A stretch of 64,000 nt of DNA from Paraspadella gotoi. Its lineage: Eukaryota; Animalia; Chaetognatha. The DNA lies in NCBI GenBank assembly GCA_051294375.1, contig CM119266.1, positions 4,883,773 through 4,947,772 of the forward strand. Direction: 5' to 3'. The notes under the pieces were generated by a model that worked only from the letters and a program-made list of their open reading frames with translations, searched no databases and was not told where the DNA came from. A program made the position numbers and the translations under genes. Of this stretch, positions 14,212 through 27,790 are shown in pieces. Numbering within the stretch: position 1 is the stretch's first letter; each line of letters begins with the position of its first letter.

Positions 14212-15855
14212 GAGAGAGAAAGGGAGAGACAGTGACAGAGAGAGAGAGAGAGAGTGTGAATGGAGGTTAAGAAAAAATAGTTACGTGAACCGGGAAGTTT
14301 TCCTTTCTTTTTAAGCGTGATTAATGAAGCCGGATGCGTCAGGTAAAAGCGGTTTTTGCTGTAACCTGATTATATTATTAATTTCAAACTTCAAGGGCTT
14401 TTGGGAAAATTTTCCTAATTTATTTTAGTTATAAACTTAATTATAACGTGTATGATGTTAGGCGTTATTAGGTTTACGGGATCTTAGTTTTATTTTGGTT
14501 TAATACAGTGTGCTGATTACCAGTTTTAATTCTTTCGGGATTCTGGTTATAATTGAGTTCATCCACCTGCAGCGTTCATATTTTTTTTTCCAAATACACC
14601 CATGTGTAGTATAACGAGATAATTTTAGCTAATTTTGTCCAAGGGAATTTATTTTTTTTTTTTTTCGCGTTCCGCTAAAGAACTGAGGCTTTTGCAACTC
14701 TCTCTCTCTCCCTCTGACTGGATAACGCTGAATCGACTGTTTTAATTTTACAGTTTTAATAATTTAACGTTTTTTAAATTCTGTCAAGCACAAACGATTA
14801 ATAACCAGCAAGCAGTTGGACGCCGCTATTCGGTCTTTTTCCGTCGTCGTCACTCGCTTTATGACCGACTCAAAAGTGCCGAACGTGATGTACGAAATAA
14901 TAGTAGTTTAGGTTTTTTTAGCAAACAAAAAAAAAAAAAAGCTGTAAACATTACGTACACAAATTTGTAAAAATACGAAGCGAAGTTTGATCGAGTTTGA
15001 TCGAGCTTCACTGTGCGCCCGTCATTTTAAATCTGCTAAGGATCGTTGACGCAAAACGGTGACAACGGTTTTCTGGGTCATTTTTATCTGACCCCACGCA
15101 ATTTTGAGTTGTGAAGGTAGTCGTCGTCGGTTAATTGAGTGACTAAAGAATTTTGAGGTTAATAAGTTTAATTAACTTAGCGATTCTTCCTCTTATGATA
15201 ATTTTATTCGTGACGATCCACGCTTAAACATGACGTTCATATTTTGAACGCTCAAAACGGCGCCATCTTTTTGAGAGAATTCTACTTAAAAACGTCTCTT
15301 TTCTTGGCGAAGAACCCGCCTCCAGCCTGGTCTCCCCTCGGCGTCTCTCTTTTCAATTGTGTCCTTTTCTCCTTCTTTGTTTCGCTCCATTGAATCTTAG
15401 TCGCGCCTTTTATTTATTTATTCCGTTTTAAGTCACATCTTTGCTCGTCCTGGCGGCGGCGGCGGCGGCGGCTTTGCCCCTCCCCTATGCGGCCGCCTCA
15501 GCGCCGTCGATCTCGATATTTCGTTGTCATGGTTACAGCGTTTAACGTAAAGCGTCATCTTAAAGGACATTTTGCCTATTTGTTCTGAGATCTCTAGACG
15601 ATTGGTTTTTCTCACAGTCCTTGTCATAAAGCGCCATGATGTCATTGTTTTCTCTCACAAGTGATCATTTTTTGTCAGTTTGCCAGCCTTGTCATTCAAA
15701 TGAAATTTGAGAGTCGATCTGTCGTTTTATGTACGTGTGGTTTTTGTCCGCCTTTCTTGTCAGCGAACCTCGTGAACACGCCTGGATTCACTTTGGCGTT
15801 ATCACGGCGCCGGAAAGGTTCACTCTCCGGCGTCTTCACCGGCTTTCTCTCTCTC

Positions 15856-15920
<65 letters not shown>

Positions 15921-18684
15921 GTCGTCCAAAAACGAGGCGATTTTCTTTATGACTTTCGCCCAATTGAAGCCGACGGCGATGACAGAGATGACGATGACGG
16001 TGTCGACGATGACATCAATGATGACAAGGGTGTTTAGGGAGATAAATATCATAGAAAGAAGACGATAACAAGATTAATATGATGACGATATCTACTATTG
16101 TAATGCGATTTGTGTACCGACGATGCTGACATGGATGATGATGATTTTGACATTGATAGAAATGACAAAAAGGATAATCAACATTGATGTTACATTAATT
16201 GTCATCAATTGTCAACGATGATGAATTCAAACGACGACGCTAATTACGATGATACCGACAATGACAATAGGAATGACAATAGGGATGACAAGATCGATAT
16301 CACTGGTGCTGCCTATTCCCGACGAGGGTTGTGGCAGCCTCTCCGCAGCATCATCCGCAGCATCGCCCGCGGCCTCGCCGCAGCATCGCCCGCAGCCTCG
16401 CCGCAGCCCCGCCGCAGCCCCGCCGCGAATATGACAAGAGTCGCGATTTCCACGATGGCGATGATTTCTGCAATAATGGGATCGACCACAGCGACACCAA
16501 ACGACGCGAAAATGTGAAACATATGAGATGACGAAGATGACGTTGACAAGAGGGACGAGAGAGATTTAAATGTAACTCATGTTGCTGTTCTATCGGTACG
16601 TATTGACTCCCGAGCAGAGAAGAAAAAGTAACATCGAAAAGACATAATTAGTTTTCACTTAGAAATATGAAGAGAATTTAGCACCTGGAGAGCCATTATA
16701 TACGGAGGAGTATTAACATCCGGGGTCCGTGAAAATATTCGTTGATCAAAGCAAAAAATGGTGGGGAAACAACCCGTTGATGTTACTTATCTCTCTCTCT
16801 CTCTCTCTCTCTTTTTTTCTCTCTCAAAACACCACACCTCTTTTACTTCCGAGCATACAACATGATTGATGCATTGATGCATGAGCTCGATGATAGATAA
16901 CTCCAGTTGTACGTAAGTTCGTCAACAGAAAAAAGCCGAAACATCCTTCCATAGCCGTAACGGTATGATTTTGGAGAAGACAGAGGAAGCAGGAGGAGAG
17001 AGACGAGAGCGAAGAGGAGCGGAAGAGAGAAGCGAGACGAGAGAGAGAGAGAAAGAGAGAGAGACGAGAGGAAGAAGAGAAGAGCAAAGCTTGTTTTGCC
17101 ACCGACGATCGTCGACTATCTGTTGTTGACAATGCAGTCGTCCATTACACAACGACGACGTTAACGCATCAGAGATCTTAAACAACGAAACTCGAACTCA
17201 TTCGTCTTCCCTCGCCCCCTTATTGCTCAAATCGGACGGACAGGGCTCTTAGAATCGTTTCGGGTTTACATTACCATTATGTGGAGGAGACAAGAGAGAG
17301 ACAGAGAGAGGAGAGAGGAAGAGAGAGAGAAGAAACAAGCCACGGAGACGAGAGAGCAGACAGAAGAGTGAAGAGAGAGAGGCGCAAACATTTGACCACA
17401 ACTAACAGTGGCACACCAAGTATACGTAGTTCACGTGAGCCGGCGAGATGGTCAGCCAGGTCTTACGTTGCCTAGAAGGAGACGCAATCTTAAAGTGATT
17501 ATTGATCATCTCTTCGGCTCTATTATGAACTTGACCTAATTAAATGTTTGTTCTAGGAAGTACTTTTTAAATATCCTGATCAATATGATTAATATTGAAA
17601 TTTTGTAAAAAAAAGAGCTGGTAACGATTCTGGTTTCTTCCGCCTTACAGAAGGTGAAAGACGAACTCATCGACCTAAGTTATTTTTTCATACATCGATT
17701 CGCCATACGTATTCACGATCAAGGCATCATGCGTTTAGATAATAAGTTGACAATTGAACACACAAAATAGCTTACATACAACGTATTGGTCAAAGAAACA
17801 TATTGTCTTTCCGAGAGAAACAATCTTTAAACGCAAAGAATCCTAAAGCAAACCAGGATTTCACTAAAAAAAAAGAAAGAATAGATACTAAACGATATAA
17901 ATCACGAAACAGTACTATATCATTTATGCACCTCCCATTTTAAAAGAGGCCACTCGATCTTCCCTCTTTTATGCCCAAACGCTCCATTTCCACCCCCCCT
18001 GCCCCCCTCTCAAGCCCCGCCTACCCCCCCCTCGCTCAACCGCCCCCCTTTCCTCTTTGTCCTCTCCGAATGTGAGAACTATTTTTTCCTCCTTTTCAAA
18101 ATTCTCCGTCCAACATAGTTGTCAGATATCCGTGAAACGACCTTTTCTCTTTATTTTATTGCGCCTCTCTCGCTCGCTTCTCCTCCGCTCTCTCTCCGCT
18201 CTCTCTCTTCTCGTCCCTCACTTCCGCGCCTTCCTCTCCCTCTCTCTCTCACAATCCTTTCACTTCTCGCGCTCTGTCTTCTCTTTTTTCTCTTATCTTT
18301 ACCTTCTCTTTCTCTTTCTCTTTCTCTCCCACTCTCTCTCTCTCACATCCTTATCCTTCTGCGCGCTCTGTCTTCTCTTTTCTTTCTTCTTCTTTCTTTC
18401 TCTTCCTTCTCTTCTCTCTCTACTCTCACTACCACTTTCCTCTCTTCCTTTCTTTTTTCTCTCTCTCCACCTCCTTTCCCTCATCTCTTAAATTCACTGA
18501 ACACCCCCTCAGCACCGACCATCAACGATAACCACAAAGCCACCCGATTTTTCTTTCTTAATTTTCTCTCTTTTTTATTTGTCAGAAAATATATATTGTA
18601 GAGTCGTCTGTCTTGCTCTTTTATTTCTTACTCGTCCATCTCTGCCCTCTTTTCGTTGCCCCCCCTCATTTCGCGCATTCTATC

Positions 18685-19530
18685 ATTCACATCTCTTTTT
18701 TTCCGCATTATCTCTCTCGGTCCCCTCTTGTCAACGCTCATCTTCGTCATCTCTTTTTTCATATCTCTCTCGTCCCTCTTGTCAACGTCATCTTACTTTC
18801 ATCTCTTTTTTTCCCATATATTCTCTCTCGTCCCTCTTGTCAACGTCATCTTCGTCATCTCTTTTTTTCCCATTATCTCTCTCGTCCTCTTGTCAACCTT
18901 CATCCTTCGTTCATCTCTCTTTTCCCCCATTATCTCTCGTCGTCCCCTTGTCAACGTCATCTTCGTATCCTTTTTTCCCATTATCTCTCTCGTCCCTCTT
19001 GTCACGTCATCTTCGTCATCTCTTTTTCCCATTATCTCTCTCGTCCCTCTTGTCAACGTCATCTTCGTCATCTCTTTTTTTTCCCTAATTCTCTCTCTCG
19101 TCCTCTTGTCAACGTCATACTTCGTCATCTCTTTTTTCCCATTATCTCTCTCGCCCTCTTGTCAACGTCATCTTCGTCATCTTCTTTTTTTCCCATTATC
19201 TCTCTCGTCCCTCTTGTCAACTCATCTTCGTCATCTCTCTTTTTTCCCATTATCTCTCTCGTCCCTCTTGTCAACGTCATCTTCGTCATCTCTTTTTTTC
19301 CCATTATCTTCTCGTCCCTCTTGTCAAACGTCATCTTCGTCATCTCTTTTTTTCCCATTATCTCTCTCGTCCCTCTTGTCAACGTCATCTTCGTCATCTC
19401 TTTTTTTCCCATTATCTCTCTCGTCCCTCTTGTCAACGTCATCTTCGTCATCTCTTTTTTTTCCCATTATCTCTCTCGTCCCTCTTGTCAACGTCATCTT
19501 CGTCATCTCTTTTTTTCCCATTATCTCTCT
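18685..19530. repeat. ~50-bp satellite array (~17 units), runs into a gap
   Basis: Unit cccattatctctctcgtccctcttgtcaacgtcatcttcgtcatctcttttttt. It accounts for the long spurious ORFs at 18579-19687. Confidence 0.95.
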
Positions 19531-20499
19531 NNNNNNNNNNNNNNNNNNNNNNNNNACGAAAAGAGGGCAGAATGGACGAGTAAGAAATAAAAGAGCAAGA
19601 CAGACGACTCTACAATATATATTTTCTGACAATAAAAAAAGAGAGAAAATTAAAGAGAAAAATCGGGTGCTTTGTGGTTATCGTTGATGGTCGGTGCTGA
19701 GGGGGTGTTAAGTGATTGAAGAGATGAGGGAAAGGAGGTGGAGAGAGAGAAAAAAAGAAAGGAAGAGAGAAAGTGGTAGTGAGAGAGAGAGAGAAAGAGA
19801 AGGAAAGAGAAAGAAAGAAAAGAAAGAAAAAGAGAAGACAGAGCGCGAGAAGGAAAGGATGTGAGAGAGAGAGAGGGAGAGAAAGAGAAAGAAAGAGAAG
19901 GAAAGAAAGAGAAAAAGAGAAGACANNNNNNNNNNTTCGTTTTTCTCTTCTCAAGAAAATGTTTCTTTGACGGAAATACGTTGTTGAAATTGTTCAAATG
20001 GTTAACTTTTATTAACCATAGTCTTGATTTAATAATTATGCGAATTATTATAAAAAAATAAACTTTCGTGAGATTTAGTTTTACTTCGTAAGAAAACAAT
20101 GTTACTTTTAAAATTTAAATTAACATAGATCGGAATTAAAATTCGCTAGATAACATTTAATTAGGCTCAAGTATAGAGCGAAGAATGATAATAATCATTA
20201 ATTCGTTCCTTCAGGCACGAAACCTGCTGACTCCCGGCAGAACTATATACTTGGGGTGCATTAGTTGTGCAAATGTTGCCCCTCTCTCACTCTCTCTCTC
20301 TTTCTCTCTCTCTCTCTCCCTCTCTCTCTCTCTCCACATAATGGAATGTAAACCCGAAAATTCTAAAGCCTCTCCGGCCTTTGAGCAAAAGGGGGAAGAG
20401 AGAATCGATTCGTTTTTATTAGGCGATTGTCGTTAACGGTCGGTTGTTATGACGACGATGTCAACACATATCGCACGATCCCGTGGCAAAAAACTTATT

Positions 20500-20535
<36 letters not shown>

Positions 20536-20603
20536 AAATCATCTTTACGGCTGGAAGATGTTTCGGCTTTTTCGTTGACAACTTCCGGTACAACTGGGAG
20601 GTT

Positions 20604-20639
<36 letters not shown>

Positions 20640-21629
20640 GTTGTTATGGAAGTAAAGAGAGTGTGTGTGTTTGAGAGAGAAAAAAAGAGAGAGAGAGAGA
20701 GAGAGATGATAACATCAACGGGTTTTTCCCACCATTTTTGCTTATCACGAATATTTCACGACCCCCGGATGTAATACTCTCCGTATATAATGCTCTCCAG
20801 ATGTAATTCTCTTCATATTTAATGAAACTATTTTTTTTCATTTACTTTTTTCTCTGCTCGGAGTCATAGACATAGAACACAACGAGTACATTAAAAGTTT
20901 TTCATTATCGTTTTTTTTATTTATTATTATTAATATTATTATTTTAAGTCTTTTTTTTCCCGCCGTCGTTTCCTTTTTATGGATGACACGAGTTTGACGA
21001 GACAACCGACTTTGGGGGAAACAACGAAAAACAACCAGACGCGCGGTTGTTTTGACGGAAAAAACGTTGAATCGCGAATGGATCGATCACTGGAAACGAC
21101 GTTACTGACGGACGGACAGAAAGACAGACAAAAACGTCTTAAAGGAAAATGGGGTGGCTGAAGCCCAAAAAAAGCTCGAACGTGTGTTTATTGGCGCCCA
21201 TTCCAAAACATTCCGCGCGGAGAGAGAGAGGGGGAGAGAGAGAGGGTGAAAGAGAGAGATAAAGAAAGAGGTAAAGAGAAGTGTAAAGAGAGAAAAGAAA
21301 GTAAGAAATAGTTAACCAAAGATGGAGAGTAAAAAAGGCATTTTCTCTATGATTCTTTTTCTTAAGGGCCTCATTACTTTTTTAGAAGGTGGAGGTATTT
21401 GGGACTTAAAGCTGATGCATTGACAGTATTTTGTGAATCTTGGCCAAGGTTTGGCTTTTAAATGGTAAGAGCAATTTAAGTTTGGACTTGAACAAATAGG
21501 CAAAAAAAAAAAAAAAAGCTGAAGAAAATGAATATAGAAAGAAGAGGCCGAAAGATAATACTAGAAAAGGTAGACTAAAGACAAGACTGAAACACAGGTC
21601 AGAAGGTTAGGCCCAGTGAGGAGCATGTA

Positions 21630-21785
21630 GCGAAGACCGGAAGCGAAGACCGGAAGCGAAGGCCGGAAGCGAACACCGGAAGCGAAAGCCAGAATTGTAA
21701 CCCAGAATCAAAAGCCGGAATCGAAAGCCAGTAGCTTAAGCCAGAAGCGAAATCCGGAAGTGAAAGCTGGAAGCAAAAGCCAGAA
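21630..21785. repeat. Degenerate 12-bp tandem repeat
   Basis: Unit ccggaagcgaag with variants. Confidence 0.8.
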
Positions 21786-24319
21786 GAGAAAACACGTAGG
21801 AGTCGGCGAGAGGCCGCGTTTCTCTGTCTCGAGGCCTTTTGAGTCTCTGACTCATCTTTTCCTCCATTTTGCTAAATTGCAGAATTTCTCTCATGGCGTC
21901 TCTCTCTCTCTCTCTCTCTCTTCCGTAGATAGGGATGCTTGGATATTTGTGGGGTGGGCGTGGCGATTTGGTGAGTTCTTTTCAAAAAGGTTAGGCGTGG
22001 TGGGTGCAAGAGAGACTATGAAATTCGGGGTTAAGGAAAAATGCGGCGCGAATTGAAAATATCCCTTCGCTTGAAAAAGTTAATCTCAACGAATCTGCTT
22101 AGGTTTCATTTTCCTTTTTCTCTCGACCTTTTTCTTCTATTTTTTTGAAAATGTAAAAGTGACTGGAAGACCTTGATACACCCCAGACATTTACCTGATG
22201 ATAAAAATAGTGATTGTCATCTGCATATATCACTTAACAAGACATAACATGCGCTATTTGGTCTGTGAGGCATTGGTAGTTAATAATACATAAACTGAGT
22301 ACAACCAATATATTGTTCGTTTATTCAAAGAAACGAGCTATCTTGCCCCTTTGGACTGGCTGTATTAACCCGTTGTGTTGAGGCTTCTCATCCTTTTGTT
22401 ACTCTGTGCTACCTATTTAATTATTAACTCCGTCATACCAAAGATAACAAGCCCTGTTATACCTTTCTTTCCGCCCTGAGGGGGAGATACTTTTCAACGA
22501 CCCTAAACAGAAGAGAGAGAGAGAGAGAGAGAGAGCTTCTTCCTTCTCTCCTTTATTTAATCCTCTCAAAAGCCGGTCAGTTCCCAACGCATAATCCCTT
22601 GCGACGCTCCAGGGATGTTTAATGTTCTCCCACCTAGAGGGAGAACCCGGCTTTTTTTTGTTACCGGGAATTAAGGATCGGGGTTAGGGATGGAGGGAGA
22701 ATTGGGGGGGGGGGAGGGAAAGAGAGGCCATTTTTTCTCAGAACGCCCCATTTTATTTTTTAATTTGGAATTAGGATATTTTTTTAGTTAAAGATTGGAT
22801 TCGGGGTTAAGGTTAAATATTAGGTTAGAGATTAGGATAATAATTAAGATTAGGGATTAAGATTAGGGATTTGGTTTGTGATAAGGATTAAGGATTTATG
22901 TCAGGGATTAGCTTAATTAGCTTAATTATTTAAATAAGAATTTCTTAAATTATGCGTGAGTAAATTAAAAGTAAATGAGACCAACCGATAATGAATTGCT
23001 TCGCTAAAAATAGAAAATTTACAGTAATTTTAAGACTATGTAAAAAAAATAATTCCCTTAAGTTAAAAAATACGATAAATATTTTTCCAGTAGGGAAAAC
23101 AAAATAAAACGGACAAAACATTTTCAAAGAAAGAAAGAAGAAAACTTACTCCTCCTGTAGATAATGCAATGCAATGCCCTAATACACTCCTGACTTTTCC
23201 TTTCTTTTTCCCTACGGTAGGTTTGAGGGTGAGTTGGTAAGTTTTTTTCCATCACGAGAGAAAAAAAAATGTGGAAAGTTCTATCGCACATTTTTTTGCT
23301 GCTCGGAAAGAAAGAAAGACGTTTGTTGGGTTCCGAACAATTCATATTTATAACCAAAAAAAAAAATAATAAAAGTCTCCCATTGAAAGCCTAATCTTCT
23401 TTTTTTTTTAATTTCTTTTTCTTACCTCTTTCAATTTATATCTTTTAACTTTTAAATATATTTTCACTGTTTTAAATTCGACTCCTCCTCCTCTTCTTCT
23501 TCCTCCTTCTCCTCTTCCTCCCATCTTCTTCTTTGCCTCTTTCTCATTGGATAAAAATTTCTTTCTTTCGTTTCTCATTGGATCTCCGAAAACGGGAGAT
23601 TTAACCGCTGGTGCATTTTCCCGTAACATATTCTACTTTTTAATTTTACTTCATTTAACATAATGTCCATTGACCGACAGACGGACAGAAAAACGTTCTA
23701 AGCCGTGTCAAAAAAAAAGTATTGTGAATAACCGAGAAAAAGCAGAAAATAAGAAGACAATGTGGGAGCTGGGGGGATGATGCATTTTTGATATCTCTTG
23801 GCTCCGTTCGATGCCTGACAGGAAGTAGTCAGCTCTTTTTTCTCTTTTCCTCTTGAGAAACAAAAAAACACAAAAAAAAACTGACGTTTCCTATTTTTAT
23901 TAATTCTTAAAAAAACATGTTTCTCCCGACGCTTAAGTATAAAACGATTAAAAATATTCCTATGCTAACAAGCTTTCTTCAATTTGAAAGCTTGCAAATT
24001 ATAAAAAGCAATTCACGACTTCATTTTGAGTTTTGCTGCAAAGCTTAAACGACGACGACGACAACAATGACGACAAACGCGACGACGACGTCGAAAAGTA
24101 AATTCTCCCCCCCCCACTTTTGGCGGCGTCCGCCCGTCGTCAAGGCAACCGCTTTATCAACGCCATTCACGATGGCCAGACTTGCGACGACTTAAATCCT
24201 TCCCCCGATCAAGAAAAAAAAAACTTGCTCTCTCCTCCGGAACATTTTTTCCCTTGACCTTCTTTCTCTCCCCTTTTACTTCATTTCATTATTTATCTTT
24301 CACTTTTCAAATATTTTTT

Positions 24320-24480
24320 TAGCCATCTGTTCTTTCTTTGACATCTGTTCTTTCTTTGACATCTGTTCTTTTTTTGACATCTGTTCTTTCTTTGATATCT
24401 GTTCTTTCTTTGATATCTGTTTTTTCTTTGATATCTGTTCTTTCTTTACCATCTGTTCTCTCTCTGCCATCTGTTCTTTA
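24320..24480. repeat. 18-bp tandem repeat x8-9
   Basis: Unit atctgttctttctttga(c/t). Confidence 0.85.
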
Positions 24481-24852
24481 TTAACTGTTCTTTCTTTCCT
24501 ATCTGTTAGTTCTTTCAGATATGTTTTCCTCTTTCTCCCCTCGATTTCTTCTTCATTCTCTTTCTTCTTCATTTCTTTCATCTCTTCCTCTATTTCTCCT
24601 CTTCATTTTTTCTTCTTCATTCCTTTCCTCTCTTCCTCCCTCTTTTCTCTCTCCCTCCCCTCTCCATTCTCTCTCTCCCCCTCTCCCCTTGACCCGCGAT
24701 GCCGAGCCACGAGCGATTAATCAACTCAGCGCGAGACTGGGCTACAAGCTTTAGCCCCCCCACCCCCACTCCTCCCCCCATCCCTTTACTTCCCCCTGCT
24801 CTCCCCCCCTTCTCCTTGTCTCCCTTGAGTGCCTATAAAGTAATAACAAATG

Positions 24853-25312
24853 TAGTGGCGGTAGCGGGGTATGAAATACTACCGCTAAAGTGTGGTAGTG
24901 GGTAATGAATACTACCGCTAGAGTGGTGGTAGCGGGGTATGAAATACTACCGCTAAAGTGGTGGTAGCGGGGTATGAAATACTACGCTAGAGTGGCGGTA
25001 GCGGGGTATGAAATACTACCGTAAAGTGGTGGTAGCGGGGTATGAAATATACCGCTAAGGGCGGTAGCGGGGTATTAAATACTACGCTAAAGTGGTGTAG
25101 CGGCGGTATGAAATACTACCGCTAAAGTGGTGGTTAGCGCGGGTATTAAATACTACGCGCTAGAGTGGCGGTAGGTCGAGGGTATTAAATACTACCGCTT
25201 AAGTGGTGTAGCCGGGGTATGAATACTACCAGCTTAGTGGTGGTAGCGGGGTATGAAATACTACCGCTACAGTTGTGGTAGCGGGAAATGAAATACTACC
25301 GCTACAGTGGTA
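24853..25312. repeat. ~35-bp internally palindromic minisatellite x13
   Basis: Unit agtggtggtagcggggtatgaaatactaccgctaa, head-to-tail with no spacers. Confidence 0.92.
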
Positions 25313-25457
25313 CACCGCTACACCGCTTCAGTGGTACAAAACCGCGACGACTCGTCGGTTCTTTTGAGAGAAAAATAGCGACTGGGTTCACGATACATGC
25401 GTACTTTTGTGTAATACTATGTTTCTCCGTTTTTTTGAACTTCGATATTATTATTAA

Positions 25458-25521
<64 letters not shown>

Positions 25522-25828
25522 TTCGATAGAAATTGTTTTATTGATAAGGTTTATATTTTTTTCTCCGTCATTTCAATTTTTTTTTTTAAAATTCGAATCG
25601 CTAAAAATTATTTCTCCATTTAAAATATTCTCGCATGTACATTTACAAAAACAAAAATCGTAAAAACTTTCACATCTTTGTAATCCGATTTTAAGTAATA
25701 TTCTTTTCTCTTTCCTTTTCTCTCTTCTTTCTCCTTTTCATTTTTCCAAAACTCGTCGCCACGCCCATCAACATCTGCCATCCATCTGCCATCCCTCACC
25801 ACCTCCCCACTCAATCTCCACCCCGCAG

Positions 25829-25940
25829 CTGCTCGTCGAGGATGGCGACGGCGCTGACGCGTCGTCCTCCGCTCGCAGCGTCAACGCGCGTCGAAGCTAC
25901 AACGCCATCGAAGACGAGGAAGAGTTGACGTCGCCTCAGG
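25829..25940 (+). CDS. Piezo: Piezo exon, cytoplasmic loop (LLVEDGDGADASSSARSVNARRSYNAIEDEEELTSPQ)
   Basis: Acceptor ccccgcag, donor G|gtcagt, 112 nt, phase 0->1. GC-rich open frame in AT-rich flanks; splices in frame to 27365. Confidence 0.72.
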
Positions 25941-26792
25941 GTCAGTTTTATTTATTAAAATTATTAATTAGTCAATTAATAAATAAATTTAGGTTGAATG
26001 ATTCATTATAAATAAGATTGGAGTCCGGATGCTTCCTTTTAATTAGTATTACGCAATTCCTAACAAAAAAAATGTCATTTTCCTTAAATCTCATTTGCAT
26101 ATTGCAAAATTATTTTCATGATTGAGAATAATCTTAGCGTTCATTTAGTTCATGACAAAGCATCGAATGACGAATGTGTTATTGTAAGGCTGTAGTCCAT
26201 TGCAATTATATTAAAAATTACAGAAATAAAAATAAATTTAATATTTTAATAATGGCCAAAAAACATATTCGCAACTTGATGGAATAAAGTGAAACGCGTC
26301 CTCTATAAACAAAAAATCCTAAATTTTCGTGAAAGAATCTAGATCTTTTAGTGAAGGACGTTTTTTTTTTTGCGTCCAAAAGAATTATAAGAAAAAATGT
26401 AACTTCGTCACCACTTCGTATAATGTTTTTGACTTTGACTTGTCTCCAGTGCTCAGTCCCGAGCCTGGCTAAAGAGAAAAGAGACCCCCACCCAATTACC
26501 ATCCCACCTAAACCCCCTTATGAACCACCCGAACCGAAAACATCTTCGTCATTCTCTCATGAGACAACTCCTTTCTCTGTCTCATTCTCTGTCATCGTTT
26601 GTCAAAATTTAAAATAAAAAAAAAGACTTAATCTTCTCGGTTCGACGATCTCTCAGATAGAGAGACGCACACATAGAGAGGGAGACAGAGATAGAATGAG
26701 AGAAAGAAAATTAGCCTTGGGGGGGGGGGAGAAGAGATTTTATAATATTCGTCTCCTCGAAAAATCGTTGCCCCGGAATTAATGAGTCTCCC

Positions 26793-26830
<38 letters not shown>

Positions 26831-27364
26831 CTTTCCCAGTTCAAAAGGCGAAAATATTTTTCGTTTATTAATTTACTAATGTTTGTTTTGACGAAATTAA
26901 ATGAGAAGCGATGAATAGCGGGGAGGGGGGGGAGGGGGGAAGATCGATCGGTCGGTCGTTCGCGTGGCGTCGCGTTTATTGGTGGGGAAATTAAAATTAA
27001 TTATTGAAATTGAAATTTTTTTTTTTAACCCATGAATAAAATTAGCTCAAGCAAATGAAAAGCTAACGATTCTTTCAATAAGCTATCTTGACTCCATAAC
27101 TTCTCTCTTACAAGTTAACAACTATAAAAGAATCTACATTTTGTTATTAACTCAAATATTATCCTCTCACTTATGTTATAAGATGAAGGGCTTAACTCAC
27201 CAAAGTCCGTCCAAAGACAAGAGGCGCGATATCCTATTTATTTATCATAAATAAATAATAAATAAATAATTGTATCTGATATTGTTCATATAAATTTGAA
27301 AAGTTCAAACCCATGTACATTGGATGCCCTTTTGTTAATGTTACATTCCCTCTTAATTCCGCAG

Positions 27365-27454
27365 CTTCCTCCTTGGGGGCGTCTCGTCGATCGTCCGAAG
27401 TCGGTGACGTCACCTACTCGCGTCAAAACGCGACCAACATCGCGATGACTCCGG
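27365..27454 (+). CDS. Piezo: Piezo exon, cytoplasmic loop (ASSLGASRRSSEVGDVTYSRQNATNIAMTP)
   Basis: Acceptor ttccgcag, donor G|gtaagt, 90 nt, phase 1->1. In frame with both neighbours. Confidence 0.75.
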
Positions 27455-27529
27455 GTAAGTTCATGGATTTATTTTGAAAAATTAAAAATGATAAGCTATT
27501 TTTTCCTTCCGCCCGAATTAAAAGCCCTG

Positions 27530-27790
27530 GTTTTTAGTTGCGCCGTAAGTACTCGCCGAGCAACTCTATAAGTCGCTTTTCGGTCCGTCTGTCTGTCGGT
27601 CTGTCCGACTTACGTTAACTAACTCACTCATAGTTGGTTGCTAATTTGCTAAGACAGAAAAAAACCGCCAATCTAAGGGACTGCTAACGCCGCCTTCAGG
27701 AAATCTTAAAACCATAAGGAATAAAAGACGTAATTCCAATACACGGGCTAAGAAAGTCAGTGCAACACATTGGATGAACCGATCTTTAGT
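27530..27790 (+). mobile_element. Non-autonomous Helentron/DINE-1-like dispersed repeat
   Basis: tttttagttgc..gcaactctataagtc head followed by a (GTCN)n microsatellite and a conserved body. Related copies at 40830-41085 (+), 40370-40705 (-) and a fragment at 1098-1134 (-). Family assignment is inferred from architecture. Confidence 0.55.

Noticed and set aside
15960-16560. Asp/Ala-rich ORFs
   Set aside because: GAT/GAC and ccgcag simple repeats, with no coherent splice sites or recognisable motif.
18579-19687. Long ORFs (325 and 343 aa)
   Set aside because: They are translations of a 50-bp satellite and run through an N gap.
22800-22915. Telomeric (TTAGG/TTAGGG) array, also ~30690-30800 and ~38080-38360
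   Set aside because: Highly degenerate interstitial ttaggg-like low-complexity sequence, not a true telomere tract.
24853-25312. CRISPR array (35-bp palindromic repeats)
   Set aside because: The units are head-to-tail with no unique spacers, there are no cas genes, and the context is a eukaryotic intron.
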